64,000 nt of DNA from Candidatus Ratteibacteria bacterium (lineage in GTDB: Bacteria > Ratteibacteria > UBA8468 > MWAK01). The stretch spans positions 5,330 through 69,329 of the forward strand of contig JBAZEZ010000009.1 in NCBI GenBank assembly GCA_041653615.1, read 5' to 3'. Position numbers and translations under genes: made by a program. Every line of letters starts with the position of its first letter. The first letter of the stretch is position 1. The notes below the pieces were generated by a model. It was not told the DNA's origin. It saw only the letters and a list, made by a program, of their open reading frames with translations, and made no database searches. Of this stretch, positions 1 to 9,852 are shown piece by piece.

Positions 1-2
1 TG

Positions 3-3000
3 GCCAAAAAATGGGGGATGCGGAGTCTGGCCATCACCGACCACGGAAAGATGTTCGGTGTAATTCCTTTCTACCAGGAAGCCCTCAAGAATGGCGTCAA
101 ACCGATTATCGGCAGCGAGTTCTATCTGGCGCCGGCCGGCCGCTCGGAAAAAAGAGGCGAGAAGACCGGAGACGCCTATTCCCACCTGACCCTGCTTGCC
201 AAAAATGATGAAGGCTACCGGAACCTGATGCGCCTTTCCACGCTCGCCCACACCGAAGGGTTTTACCACCGGCCACGCATCGACCGGGAACTGATTGAAA
301 AACACAACCAGGGCGTCGTCCTCTTAAGCGGCTGTCTGAAAGGCTCAATTAACTCCCTCCTGCTGCAAGACCGGGAAGAAGAAGCGGAAAAAACAGCGGC
401 CTATTACCGCAACATTTTCAAGGCCGATTTTTACCTGGAAATTCAGAATAACGGCCTTCCGGAACAGGAAAAAGTCCTGCCTAAGATTGTGGCGCTCGGC
501 AAAAAATTAGGAATCCCCCTGGTGGCAACCAACGACTGCCATTATCTCTCGCAACAGGACAGCGTGGCTCATGATGCTCTGCTCTGCATCCAAACCGGCA
601 GCCATCTGCAGGACGAAAAACGGCTCAAATTCTCCTCAGACCAGTTCTATTTCCGAAGCGGCCAGGAAATGGAAGCAATCTTCGGAGAACTACCCGAATC
701 CCTGAAAAACACCCTGGCCATTGCCGAAAAATGCAACCTGGAACTGGAATTCGGCCAGCCGAAGCTGCCCCACTACGTGCCGCCGACCGGAACAACCCTG
801 AGCCAGCGTTTGCGCCAGTTGGCGGAAATCGGGTTAAAAGAGCGCTACCAGATTGACCAAAAGAACTTTTCCGAAACACAAAAGCCGGTCATTGAGCGGG
901 TCGAAACAGAACTGAAAGTCATTGAAAACATGGGGTATCCCGGCTATTTTCTGGTTATCCAGGATATCGTCAATTTCGCGAAGCAAAACGGCATCGCGGT
1001 CGGTCCCGGACGCGGCTCCGCAGCCGGAAGCGTAGTCGCGTACCTGCTTGGAATAACCGACATTGACCCTTTAAAATACGGGCTTATCTTTGAACGTTTC
1101 CTCAACCCGAACCGAATTTCGCTGCCGGATATTGACATTGATTTTGAGGATAGCCGCCGCGATGAAATAATCACTTACGTCCGCAGCAAATACGGCGCCA
1201 CCCAGGTTGCCCAGATAGTTACCTTCGGAACCCTTTCCGCCCGCTCGGTAATCCGGGACGTGGGCCGCGTAATGGGTTTACCTTACGCCGAAGTGGATAA
1301 AGTCGCTAAACTGGTACCGGGAGAACTGCATATCAAGCTTGCCGAAGCGCTAAACCAGGAACCGGAGCTGGCCCGTCTGGTTTCCGGTAATGAAGAGATG
1401 CGGCGGCTTTTTGAAATTTCCAAAACCCTGGAGGGCCTGCCCCGGCATGCTTCCACCCACGCGGCCGGAATCGTCATCGGCGATAAACCCCTGGAAGAAT
1501 ACGCTCCGCTCTTCCTGGGCACCAACGACGCGGTTACCACCCAGTACGACATGAACGCGCTCAGCGAAATCGGCCTCCTGAAAATTGACCTGCTGGGTCT
1601 TAAAACATTAACCGTAATTGACCAGGCAAAAAAACTGATTGACCAGCGCTACCACCGGCCCATAACTTTCCCGCCGGATGACCGCCGCACCTACCAGATG
1701 CTCTCCGAAGGCAACAGTTTCGGCATCTTCCAACTGGAAAGCACCGGCATGCGCGACCTCCTGCGCAAAATCAGTCCCAACGTTTTTGAAGATATCATAG
1801 CCATCCTTGCTCTGTACCGTCCCGGCCCCCTGGGAAGCGGAATGGTGGAGAGTTTTATCACCGGTAAGAAACATCCGGGTAAAATCCACTACGACCATCC
1901 GGTCCTGAAAGAAATCCTGCTCTCAACCCATGGCATAATACTCTACCAGGAACAGGTAATGGAAGTCGTACATCGGCTGGGTAATTTTACGCTGGCGGAA
2001 AGCGACCTTTTCCGCAGAGCGATGGGTAAGAAAATTCCGGAAATAATGGAGGAGAACCAAGAACGTTTTGTGAAGGGCGGCCGGCAAAACGGACTTTCCG
2101 AGAAGATCGCGGAGAAAATTTTTAACCAGATCGTGAAGTTTGCCGGTTACGGATTCAACAAGAGCCACAGCGCCGGCTATGCCACCATCTCCTACCAGAC
2201 AGCCTACCTGAAAGCCAACTACCCCCTGGAATTCATGGCCGCGCTCTTGAACAGCGAAACCGGCAACAGCGACAAGATTGTGGAATATACCCAGGAATCC
2301 GAACGGATGCACATCTGGATTCTGCCGCCCTGCGTCGAAGAGAGTTTTGCCTATTTCACCGTCTTCGGCAACGATATCCGATTCGGTCTGGCCGCAATCA
2401 AAAACGTCGGCTTTTCCGCGATCGAATCAATCGTCAGCGCCCGGGAAAAAGACGGACCCTTCAAAGACCTTTTTGATTTCTGCCGTCGGGTGGACTTACG
2501 CCTGGTAAACCGAAAGGTCCTGGAAAGTCTGATTAAAGCAGGCGCCTTCGACCTTTTCCGCCTGCACCGCAGCCAATTAATGGCCCTGATTCCCTACACG
2601 CTCCAAACAGCCGGCAGTTATCAGGAAGACGAACGCCGCGGCCAGAACACACTCTTCGGTGATTCCAGCGCCACCGTCAAATTCCGGATGCCCGGGGAAG
2701 TTACGGCTTTGCCGGAGTGGACGGAACCGGAAATCCTGGCCGGTGAAAGAGAGGTGCTGGGTTTTTATCTCTCCGGACACCCACTCGGACACTACGAAAA
2801 GATTTTGACCCAATTTGCCAAAAACAACGTCAAGGAAGTCCTCGCCCTGAAATCCGGCGCGACGGTACGGTTAGGCGGCCTGATTGAAAAGGTCAAAAAA
2901 TTAGTAACCAAAAGAGAAGGGAAGCGCATGGCCAGTTTCACTTTCGAGGACCTGACCGCCAAAATTGAAGCGATGGTCTTTCCGGAAGCCTTCGAAAAAT

Positions 3001-3359
3001 TTGCCGGGTTCATCCACCCCGGCAGCATCGTCTTTTTGGAAGGAAGAGTTGACGTCAGGGAAGAAACCGCGCAGATACTGGTCAGTGAAATCGTACCCGT
3101 TTCTGAAGGAATAAAACGCTATACCCAAAAGGTGGAAGTCACTTTCTTTCCGGCCGGAACTGAAGAAAAGACCCTGAAAAAATTTCAAGACCTGGTTGCG
3201 AAATACCCGGGCACAACACCGCTCCACCTGAAACTGATGTTCACCGGTAAACGGGCCGCCCTGGTAAAATTGAACGGCGATTACCGAGTCGCTCCGGAAG
3301 AATCTTTCGTAAAAGCAGCCGAAGATATCTTCGGCCAATCTTCCGTAACTCTTTCGTAA
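3..3359 (+). CDS. dnaE: DNA polymerase III alpha subunit (5'-truncated by window edge)
   Basis: PHP-domain LAITDHG, GPGRGSAAGS, PDIDIDF catalytic motif, FAGYGFNKSH, C-terminal OB fold. The frame is open to the window start and the HLHxH N-terminus is missing. Confidence 0.97.
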   Translation, partial: AKKWGMRSLAITDHGKMFGVIPFYQEALKNGVKPIIGSEFYLAPAGRSEKRGEKTGDAYSHLTLLAKNDEGYRNLMRLSTLAHTEGFYHRPRIDRELIEKHNQGVVLLSGCLKGSINSLLLQDREEEAEKTAAYYRNIFKADFYLEIQNNGLPEQEKVLPKIVALGKKLGIPLVATNDCHYLSQQDSVAHDALLCIQTGSHLQDEKRLKFSSDQFYFRSGQEMEAIFGELPESLKNTLAIAEKCNLELEFGQPKLPHYVPPTGTTLSQRLRQLAEIGLKERYQIDQKNFSETQKPVIERVETELKVIENMGYPGYFLVIQDIVNFAKQNGIAVGPGRGSAAGSVVAYLLGITDIDPLKYGLIFERFLNPNRISLPDIDIDFEDSRRDEIITYVRSKYGATQVAQIVTFGTLSARSVIRDVGRVMGLPYAEVDKVAKLVPGELHIKLAEALNQEPELARLVSGNEEMRRLFEISKTLEGLPRHASTHAAGIVIGDKPLEEYAPLFLGTNDAVTTQYDMNALSEIGLLKIDLLGLKTLTVIDQAKKLIDQRYHRPITFPPDDRRTYQMLSEGNSFGIFQLESTGMRDLLRKISPNVFEDIIAILALYRPGPLGSGMVESFITGKKHPGKIHYDHPVLKEILLSTHGIILYQEQVMEVVHRLGNFTLAESDLFRRAMGKKIPEIMEENQERFVKGGRQNGLSEKIAEKIFNQIVKFAGYGFNKSHSAGYATISYQTAYLKANYPLEFMAALLNSETGNSDKIVEYTQESERMHIWILPPCVEESFAYFTVFGNDIRFGLAAIKNVGFSAIESIVSAREKDGPFKDLFDFCRRVDLRLVNRKVLESLIKAGAFDLFRLHRSQLMALIPYTLQTAGSYQEDERRGQNTLFGDSSATVKFRMPGEVTALPEWTEPEILAGEREVLGFYLSGHPLGHYEKILTQFAKNNVKEVLALKSGATVRLGGLIEKVKKLVTKREGKRMASFTFEDLTAKIEAMVFPEAFEKFAGFIHPGSIVFLEGRVDVREETAQILVSEIVPVSEGIKRYTQKVEVTFFPAGTEEKTLKKFQDLVAKYPGTTPLHLKLMFTGKRAALVKLNGDYRVAPEESFVKAAEDIFGQSSVTLS

Positions 3360-3499
3360 CACCCAACTGGTAGCGCTCCCCAATTCTTTCCCGGCCAAAA
3401 AAATAACCGCAGAGCAAAATCGGGCCTTTACCCTATAAAGCTCGTGCGGTTTGCGAAGCCCGCTTCAGCGGTTATGTCAGGCTTTGCCCGACGACCGCG

Positions 3500-3600
3500 T
3501 CCGCCGAAACTTTAGTGAAGGCGGAAGCCCGCGTTGTTTTGTTAAGCCCCCCTTCGCTAACCGCGCCATAGCCTTGGCGACGCCAAAGGCTTCGGCGGAC
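3500..3600. repeat. CCGCC/GGCGG hairpin repeat family, two units (3500-3525, 3564-3600)
   Basis: tccgccgaaactttagtgaaggcgga and cgccatagccttggcgacgccaaaggcttcggcggac; relatives at 20987, 22314, 22426 and inside rnpB. Confidence 0.75.
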
Positions 3601-3603
3601 ACG

Positions 3604-3787
3604 GTCGGGGCGACTGGATACGAACCACTTCGCTCCGGAAACAGGTCTTTAGCTGGTCGCTACAAGACCTGACGTTTCCTGCGCTCGTTTTAAGAGGGGG
3701 CAGGCCCCCTCTTAATTTTCTCCCCCAAACGTGAAGGGAACTTTCCCTTCACACATCCCTGGGTTCGAATCCTCCTTCAGGAAGAAT
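3604..3787. mobile_element. 184-bp ORF-less insert at the tRNA-Pro 3' end, starting with a duplicated tRNA 3' end (att-like)
   Basis: 3604-3627 gtcggggcgactggatacgaacca matches 3788-3811 gtcggggcgactggattcgaacca (1 mismatch in 24); three internal hairpins. Confidence 0.7.
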
Positions 3788-3788
3788 G

Positions 3789-3862
3789 TCGGGGCGACTG
3801 GATTCGAACCAGCGACCACCTGAACCCCATTCAGGTGCGCTACCAGGCTGCGCTACGCCCCG
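3789..3862 (-). tRNA. tRNA-Pro (anticodon GGG), CCA not encoded
   Basis: Reverse complement CGGGGCGTAGCGCAGCCTGGTAGCGCACCTGAATGGGGTTCAGGTGGTCGCTGGTTCGAATCCAGTCGCCCCGA: full cloverleaf, anticodon loop ATGGGGT, T-loop TTCGAAT. Confidence 0.96.
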
Positions 3863-3866
3863 AAAT

Positions 3867-3909
3867 AATCCTGTCATTCCCGCCTACCACATGCGGGAAT
3901 GACAGGATT
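3867..3909. repeat. ATTCCC/GGGAAT palindromic repeat, perfect 17-bp stem
   Basis: aatcctgtcattcccgc-N9-gcgggaatgacaggatt. Confidence 0.9.
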
Positions 3910-3910
3910 A

Positions 3911-4708
3911 TTACGCTTTGATTTTGCCTGCACGGAAAGCGGTTAAATACTCGACGCAATACTGGTCAAGTCCCATCAGCCCTTCCGCGGAAAGAGCGGC
4001 GGCAATCATCCCGGTATCGGTCGGGTCTATCAAAGCGGAATCAAGCCCATACCCGATTGCCAACGCCAGAAAATAACGGTTGAGCATTCTCCGCTCCGGA
4101 AGTCCGAAGGAAACGTTGGAAAGCCCGCAGGTTGTTTTGACGCCGGGAATCGCCTGCTTGATGGCTACAATCGCTTCCAGAAAAATCCGGCCGTTATTCG
4201 GGTCGGTCCCCACCGGCTGAGCCAGCGGGTCAAGGTAAATATCCTCAACCTTCACTTTCCGGGCAACAAGTCTGCTTACTATCTTCTCCGCGTTCTCCAC
4301 CCGGGTGGCCACATCGCAGGGAATGCCCCGGTCGTCCATGGTCAAGCCAACAACCTTGCCGGTATAACCTTCGAAGAGCGGGAGCATTGCTTCCAGTTTG
4401 GCTTTCTCCGCATTGATGGAATTAACCATAACCTTCCCTTTAACCAGGGGCAGACAGATTTTTAAAGCATTCGCGTCGGCGCTGTCCAGGCAAATATCGG
4501 TATAGCCGATTTCCTGAACCGTCTCCACCAGCCAGCGCAGACCCGCCGACTCGTCCCCGGAACCAAGACCGGCGTTAAGGTCAAGATAACCGGCGCCGGC
4601 TTCCATCTGGATGCGCGCCTCTTTCTGGATAAACACCTTGTCCCTTGCCCTTAAGGCTTCGGCAATCTTTTTACGGGTTGCGTTGATGCGTTCGCCAATA
4701 ATAAGCAT
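3911..4708 (-). CDS. acsE: Methyltetrahydrofolate:corrinoid methyltransferase (AcsE/MeTr-like pterin-binding protein)
   Basis: MLIIGERINATRK, LDLNAG, ICLDS, MVNSINAE, IYLDPL, TCGLSNVSFGLPERRMLN; SD ggaggt before ATG 4708. Confidence 0.8.
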   Translation of the reverse strand: MLIIGERINATRKKIAEALRARDKVFIQKEARIQMEAGAGYLDLNAGLGSGDESAGLRWLVETVQEIGYTDICLDSADANALKICLPLVKGKVMVNSINAEKAKLEAMLPLFEGYTGKVVGLTMDDRGIPCDVATRVENAEKIVSRLVARKVKVEDIYLDPLAQPVGTDPNNGRIFLEAIVAIKQAIPGVKTTCGLSNVSFGLPERRMLNRYFLALAIGYGLDSALIDPTDTGMIAAALSAEGLMGLDQYCVEYLTAFRAGKIKA

Positions 4709-4724
4709 AAAAACCTCCAAATTT

Positions 4725-4750
4725 GGGAGGGGGTGAAACCCCTCCCCTAC
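4725..4750 (-). repeat. GTAG-type REP (GTAGGGGAGGGG subfamily)
   Basis: Reverse complement gtaggggaggggtttcaccccctccc: GTAG followed by a hairpin. Confidence 0.8.
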
Positions 4751-4798
4751 AAAAACATTTTAAATTGTATATGATATAATATTTAAGGAAATTTAGCA

Positions 4799-6331
4799 AT
4801 GAAAAAAACGCTATTTTTAGGGATTGACGTCGGTACGACCGGCGTAAAAGCCTTGCTGGTCGATGAAACCGGAAAGGTCGTCGACCAGGCAACCAAAGAA
4901 TATCCGCTCCTGGCGCCGAAACCCTTGTGGCTGGAACAAAACCCGGCGGACTGGTGGAGCGCCGCGGTCAAAGCGCTGCGGCTGATTTCCGGACGGCAAA
5001 AGCTCAAGGGAAACCTCCTGGCAATTGGCCTGACCGGCCAGATGCACGGCTCGGTCTTCCTTGACCGGGAAGGCAAAGTCATACGACCGGCAATCCTCTG
5101 GTGCGACCAGCGGACCGGCGCGGAAGTAAAAGAGATTGAAAAACTGGTTGGCAAAAAGAGAATAAACCAAATTACCGGCAACCCGGTCTTTACCGGATTT
5201 ACCGCGCCCAAAATATTGTGGCTGCGCAATAACGAACCCGCCGCCTACCGAAAGATTGCCAAAATTCTCCTGCCCAAAGACTACCTTCGCTATAAATTAA
5301 CCGGAGATTTTGCCTCGGAGGTAACCGACAATTCCGGAACCAGTCTCTTTGACGTTGAAACTAGGAAATGGTCTCCGGAAATCTTGAAAAAACTTCAAAT
5401 CAAGCCTGACTGGTTGGCGCCGGTCTTCGAATCTCCGGATATCACCGGAAAAATTACCGCGGAAGCAGCCAACCTCACCGGACTTCCGGAAGGTCTGCCG
5501 GTGGCTGCCGGCGCGGGCGACCAGGCGGCCAGCGGATGCGGAAACGGGGCTGTCTCCCGGGGCATAGTTTCAACCACCCTGGGAACTTCCGGTGTAGTCT
5601 TCGCTTTTTCCAACAAGGTCTTAAAAGATTCCGCCGGCCGGATTCATACGATGTGCCACGCGGTTCCCGGAACGTGGCACCTGATGGCCGTAAGTCTCTC
5701 CTCCGGCGGTTCCCTGCGCTGGTTCCGGGATAGTTTCTGCCGGGAAGAAATATCCGAGGCAAAAAATAAACATCAAGACCCTTACGAAATAATGACCGCG
5801 TCGGCCGCAAAAATTACCGCCGGCTCCGAAGGTCTGCTCTTCCTGCCCTACTTGACCGGCGAGCGCACACCTCACCCCAACCCCCTGGCCCGGGCCGTCT
5901 TCTTCGGCGCCACCGGCCAACACACCAAACCCCACTTCATTCGGGCAATCCTGGAGGGTGTAACTTTTAGTCTGCGGAACGGAATGGAAATCATGAAAGA
6001 AATGGGATTGCCGATTCGCCAGGTGCGCGTTTCCGGCGGCGGAGCCCGCTCTGACCTCTGGTGCCAAATAATGGCCGACATCTTCGGGAAAAAACTGGTG
6101 CGGACCGAAAATCCGGACACTACCGCGTTGGGTGCGGCCATCCTGGCCGCGGCCGGCGTTAAATATTTTAAGGACGTACCGAAAGCCTGCAGCCGGATGG
6201 TACGGACAAAAGAGGTCTTCCATCCGAATAAAAAAGAAAAATTAATTTATAATCAGGCATACGAAATTTTCCGAAAACTCTACCCGGCGGTCGCCCCTTT
6301 TTTTGACTCGGTGGCCAAAATTAGGTTATAA
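4799..6331 (+). CDS. xylB: Xylulokinase (FGGY family)
   Basis: [55 protein letters not shown]. Confidence 0.9.
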   Translation: MKKTLFLGIDVGTTGVKALLVDETGKVVDQATKEYPLLAPKPLWLEQNPADWWSAAVKALRLISGRQKLKGNLLAIGLTGQMHGSVFLDREGKVIRPAILWCDQRTGAEVKEIEKLVGKKRINQITGNPVFTGFTAPKILWLRNNEPAAYRKIAKILLPKDYLRYKLTGDFASEVTDNSGTSLFDVETRKWSPEILKKLQIKPDWLAPVFESPDITGKITAEAANLTGLPEGLPVAAGAGDQAASGCGNGAVSRGIVSTTLGTSGVVFAFSNKVLKDSAGRIHTMCHAVPGTWHLMAVSLSSGGSLRWFRDSFCREEISEAKNKHQDPYEIMTASAAKITAGSEGLLFLPYLTGERTPHPNPLARAVFFGATGQHTKPHFIRAILEGVTFSLRNGMEIMKEMGLPIRQVRVSGGGARSDLWCQIMADIFGKKLVRTENPDTTALGAAILAAAGVKYFKDVPKACSRMVRTKEVFHPNKKEKLIYNQAYEIFRKLYPAVAPFFDSVAKIRL

Positions 6332-6342
6332 TTTTAAGAATT

Positions 6343-6666
6343 ATGGATTTGGTGGACCAAAAAGAGATAAAATTTAATGAGCAGGGTCTGGTTCCGGTGG
6401 TAACACAGGCTGAAAACGGAGAAGTCCTGATGCTGGCTTACGCCAATAAAGAAGCGCTGCGCCTGACACTGCAAACCAAAAAAGCTCACTATTTTTCCCG
6501 TTCCCGCCAAAAGTTATGGCTTAAAGGCGAAACTAGCGGCAACATACAGAAAGTAAAAGAAGTTTTAATTGATTGCGACCAGGACGCGGTTCTTTACCAA
6601 ATAAAACAGAAGGGCGTGGCCTGCCATACCGGAAACCGCAGTTGTTTCTATCGAAAATTAAAATGA
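6343..6666 (+). CDS. hisI: Phosphoribosyl-AMP cyclohydrolase
   Basis: [40 protein letters not shown]. Confidence 0.95.
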   Translation: MDLVDQKEIKFNEQGLVPVVTQAENGEVLMLAYANKEALRLTLQTKKAHYFSRSRQKLWLKGETSGNIQKVKEVLIDCDQDAVLYQIKQKGVACHTGNRSCFYRKLK

Positions 6667-7985
6667 AAACACTTTACGCTCGGGCTCTGGGAGTTCTGGT
6701 AGTCGCCGGCCTCTGTTTCTGGGCATTCTGGCCGCCTCAGCAAAAGGTGAAACTGGGCCTTGACCTGCGAGGCGGTATGCAGTTAGTCCTACAGGTTCAG
6801 CCGGCCGCGGAATTAGCCAATGTTTCCATTGCCGAACTGACCGACCGCACGATGGAAGTCATCCGGAACCGGGTGGACTCTCTGGGTATCACCGAACCGC
6901 TCCTGCAGAAAGTCGGACAAGACCGAATCATGGTCCAGATGCCCGGAATTGAAAACCCGGAAAGAGCTCTGGAAATTTTAGGAAAAACCGCCTTCCTTGA
7001 ATTCAAACTGGTAGAAGACAATCCGGACCTTTTGAAAGCGGCAATGGAAGGCAAAGTCCCGGATGGTTACCAGCTGATTTACGAATACGAAAAAGACGCC
7101 AAGGGAGTTTCCCTGCCCGGTACGCCGTATCTGGTACACGCGCAGCCAAATCTGACCGGCCAGGACTTGAGTAACGCCCGCCTTAGTTACAGCTCGGGCG
7201 CGATGCCGGTCGTTGACATGGAACTGAATTCCGAAGGCGCCAAAAAATTTGCCGAAGTAACCGGCGCAAACATAGGCAGGCGGCTGGCCATCGTGTTGGA
7301 CGGAATCGTCCAATCCGCGCCGGTCATCAAAGACAGGATTCCTTCGGGAAGGGCTCAAATCTCCGGAAAGTTCACCACCGCGGAAGCCAATGATTTAGCC
7401 CTGGTGTTACAAGCCGGCGCCCTGCCGGCCAAAATTGAAGTCATTGACCGGACTGTAGTCGGTCCGAGTTTGGGAAAAGATTCCATTAATAACGGTATTA
7501 AAGCATGCCTGTTGGGCGCAATTCTGGTAGTAGCTTTTATGATTGTCTATTATACCGCCGGCGGCCTGGTGGCAAACTTCGCCCTGGCCCTTAATATTCT
7601 CATCCTTTTGGGAGTTCTGTCTTACTTCCGATCCACCCTGACCCTGCCCGGCATCGCCGGTATCGCCCTGACCATCGGGATGGCGGTAGACGCCAACGTC
7701 CTTATCTTTGAACGTATCCGGGAAGAACTGCGCGCCGGCAAAACCATCCGGGCCGCCCTGGACCGTGGTTACGAACGGGCGATGGTGGCCATTATCGATT
7801 CCAACCTTACCACGGTAATTGCGGCCATCTCCCTCTTCATCTTCGGCCGCGGTTCAGTGAAAGGTTTCGGCCTGACCCTGACTATCGGCATTCTGGCAAA
7901 TATCTTCACCGCGGTGCTGGTAACACGATTAATTTACGATTTTGCGTTAAACAAATTCCCGATTAAGAAACTGAGGATTGGATAA
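6663..7985 (+). CDS. secD: Protein translocase subunit SecD
   Basis: [50 protein letters not shown]. The ATG overlaps the hisI stop (ATGA); the ORF-track start at 6573 is too long. Confidence 0.95.
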   Translation: MKTLYARALGVLVVAGLCFWAFWPPQQKVKLGLDLRGGMQLVLQVQPAAELANVSIAELTDRTMEVIRNRVDSLGITEPLLQKVGQDRIMVQMPGIENPERALEILGKTAFLEFKLVEDNPDLLKAAMEGKVPDGYQLIYEYEKDAKGVSLPGTPYLVHAQPNLTGQDLSNARLSYSSGAMPVVDMELNSEGAKKFAEVTGANIGRRLAIVLDGIVQSAPVIKDRIPSGRAQISGKFTTAEANDLALVLQAGALPAKIEVIDRTVVGPSLGKDSINNGIKACLLGAILVVAFMIVYYTAGGLVANFALALNILILLGVLSYFRSTLTLPGIAGIALTIGMAVDANVLIFERIREELRAGKTIRAALDRGYERAMVAIIDSNLTTVIAAISLFIFGRGSVKGFGLTLTIGILANIFTAVLVTRLIYDFALNKFPIKKLRIG

Positions 7986-8000
7986 AACAACAAAAATCCT

Positions 8001-8894
8001 ATGAATATATTCCATCAAGTACCTAAATTTGATTTTATGGGCAAACGGGGCATCTTCTTCACCTTTTCGCTTTTGATTACAGTTGGCGGCTTAATCGTAA
8101 CCTTCTGGCGCGGACCCAACCTCCTTTCCGAAGATTTTACCGGCGGTTATCTTACCCAACTACAATTCAGCCAGCCGATTGATGTCGGAGAAATACGAAC
8201 CCTTCTGATTAGCCGCGGTTATTCTGACGTCGCGCTCCAGAAGGTCGGCGAACAAGGAACAAAAATCATCATCAAAACCAAAAAAGGCGGCTCCGAAATC
8301 ATCTCAATCATCAAAGAAACGTTTCCCAATCAAGCGGTTGAAGTGCTCGGCGAAGAACAGATAAGCCCGACGATGGGTGAAACAATACGCAAGCAGACTA
8401 TCCTGGGCTGCCTGGTCGCCCTGGTTGGTATCCTGATTTATATAGCGGCCCGTTTTGAATTTCGTTTCGCGGTCGGAGCCATTGTCGCAATTGTCCACGA
8501 CCTTTTGGTCGCCCTCGCCTTTCTGGCCCTAACCGGTCGGCAGATAGACAGCTTGGTCATCGCGGTTTTCCTGACCATCCTGGGTTATTCCGTAAACGAT
8601 ACGGTTATCATCTTTGACCGTATCCGGGAAAATCTCCGGGGCCTGCGCAAAATAGAAGACCCTACTGCCATCTTCAACCGCTCCATCAACGAAACGCTTT
8701 CCCGGACCACCATCACGGTTCTAACGGTTCTCCTAGTAACGCTCTGCCTCTTCATCTGGGGCGGACCGGTCCTCAATAACTTTTCCTTCGTCCTGCTGGT
8801 CGGTTTCATCACCGGAACCTACTCTTCTATTTTCATCGCCTCCGCCGTCGTCATCGCCTGGGAAAAAAAGTCTCCCCACCGCTTCCGAACTTAA
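8001..8894 (+). CDS. secF: Protein translocase subunit SecF
   Basis: DFTGG, RFEFRFA, AIVHD, LTILGYSVNDTVIIFDRIREN, SINETLSRT. Confidence 0.95.
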   Translation: MNIFHQVPKFDFMGKRGIFFTFSLLITVGGLIVTFWRGPNLLSEDFTGGYLTQLQFSQPIDVGEIRTLLISRGYSDVALQKVGEQGTKIIIKTKKGGSEIISIIKETFPNQAVEVLGEEQISPTMGETIRKQTILGCLVALVGILIYIAARFEFRFAVGAIVAIVHDLLVALAFLALTGRQIDSLVIAVFLTILGYSVNDTVIIFDRIRENLRGLRKIEDPTAIFNRSINETLSRTTITVLTVLLVTLCLFIWGGPVLNNFSFVLLVGFITGTYSSIFIASAVVIAWEKKSPHRFRT

Positions 8895-8903
8895 GAATTT
8901 TTT

Positions 8904-9003
8904 GGACGCAGCTATACGCAGAAACAGCCGGATAATGCTAAAAAATAATTCTTTAACTTAATCTTTAATCTGTATCTGCGATTATCTGCGAAAATCTGCG
9001 TCC
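8904..9003. repeat. GGACGCAG...CTGCGTCC inverted-arm element (10-nt periodic arms), copy 1
   Basis: Terminal inverted repeat ggacgcag/ctgcgtcc; right arm atctgcgatt atctgcgaaa atctgcgtcc; AT-rich core. Confidence 0.85.
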
Positions 9004-9023
9004 CAATAAGCACGCATTAATCT

Positions 9024-9671
9024 ATGTATATCTTCGCCGGACGTTTCAAAGGACGCCGTCTTTTCTTTCCGCCCATGCCCGTCATCGCGGGTAAAATCAG
9101 ACGCAAACCCGGCGAAAAAACGCTCCGTCCCACCACCGGTTTAGTCCGCCGGGCAATTTTTGACATCCTGGCTCCGATAATATCAGATAGTTCTTTTCTG
9201 GACCTTTACGCCGGAACCGGCGCGGTGGGCCTGGAAGCGGTGAGCCGGGGTGCCGAAAAAGTTATCCTGGTGGAAAGCAACCCAAAAACAGCCCTTTACC
9301 TGAAACAGAACCTGGAATTGATTAAGGCGGCCGCTAAAAAGGAGGGGGTTGAGATTGCGGAAGAAAATCTAATATTTTATCCGTATCAGGCGGAAAAAGC
9401 GATTTCGATTCTGGCCGAAAAAAAAGAGGGGTTTGACATCGTTTTCGCGGACCCGCCCTACGACTTCAGCGAACAAAAAATTACGGAATTAATCGCGCAA
9501 ATTTTTGAAGGGGGAATACTCCGACCCGACGGGAAACTTATCCTCCAGCATATTTCCGGCCTGGAAAAAAATCTGCTCTTTAAAGAAAGCATCGCTGCCC
9601 TGACGCTCACCGTTGAAACCCGCCGCTACGGTTACTCCTCCCTTTCGTTCTTCTGTCCGTCACCCTCCTAA
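9024..9671 (+). CDS. rsmD: 16S rRNA m2G966 methyltransferase RsmD
   Basis: LRPTT, FLDLYAGTGAVGLEAVSRGA, DIVFADPPY, RRYG. Confidence 0.9.
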   Translation: MYIFAGRFKGRRLFFPPMPVIAGKIRRKPGEKTLRPTTGLVRRAIFDILAPIISDSSFLDLYAGTGAVGLEAVSRGAEKVILVESNPKTALYLKQNLELIKAAAKKEGVEIAEENLIFYPYQAEKAISILAEKKEGFDIVFADPPYDFSEQKITELIAQIFEGGILRPDGKLILQHISGLEKNLLFKESIAALTLTVETRRYGYSSLSFFCPSPS

Positions 9672-9703
9672 ATATAGCGGTACGATTCATCCGACGTATT
9701 GTC

Positions 9704-9727
9704 GTAGTGCGACCCTTTCAGGGTCGC
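9704..9727 (+). repeat. GTAG-type REP (GCGACCCT subfamily), left island boundary
   Basis: gtagtgcgaccctttcagggtcgc; inverted copy at 17564-17587 (23/24) and a third copy at 61010-61033. Confidence 0.85.
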
Positions 9728-9735
9728 CGGGTTTT

Positions 9736-9789
9736 GTAGGGGCGGGGATGCATCCCCGCCCACGGAAGGGGGCACAGCCCCTCCCCTAC
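9736..9789. repeat. Inverted REP doublet (GTAGGGG...CCCCTAC)
   Basis: gtaggggcggggatgcatccccgcccac followed by gaagggggcacagcccctcccctac. Confidence 0.85.
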
Positions 9790-9852
9790 ACAAGCCATCT
9801 CTTGACTTATACAACAATGTTTGGTATAATATCTGCAAAATAGGAGACGATT

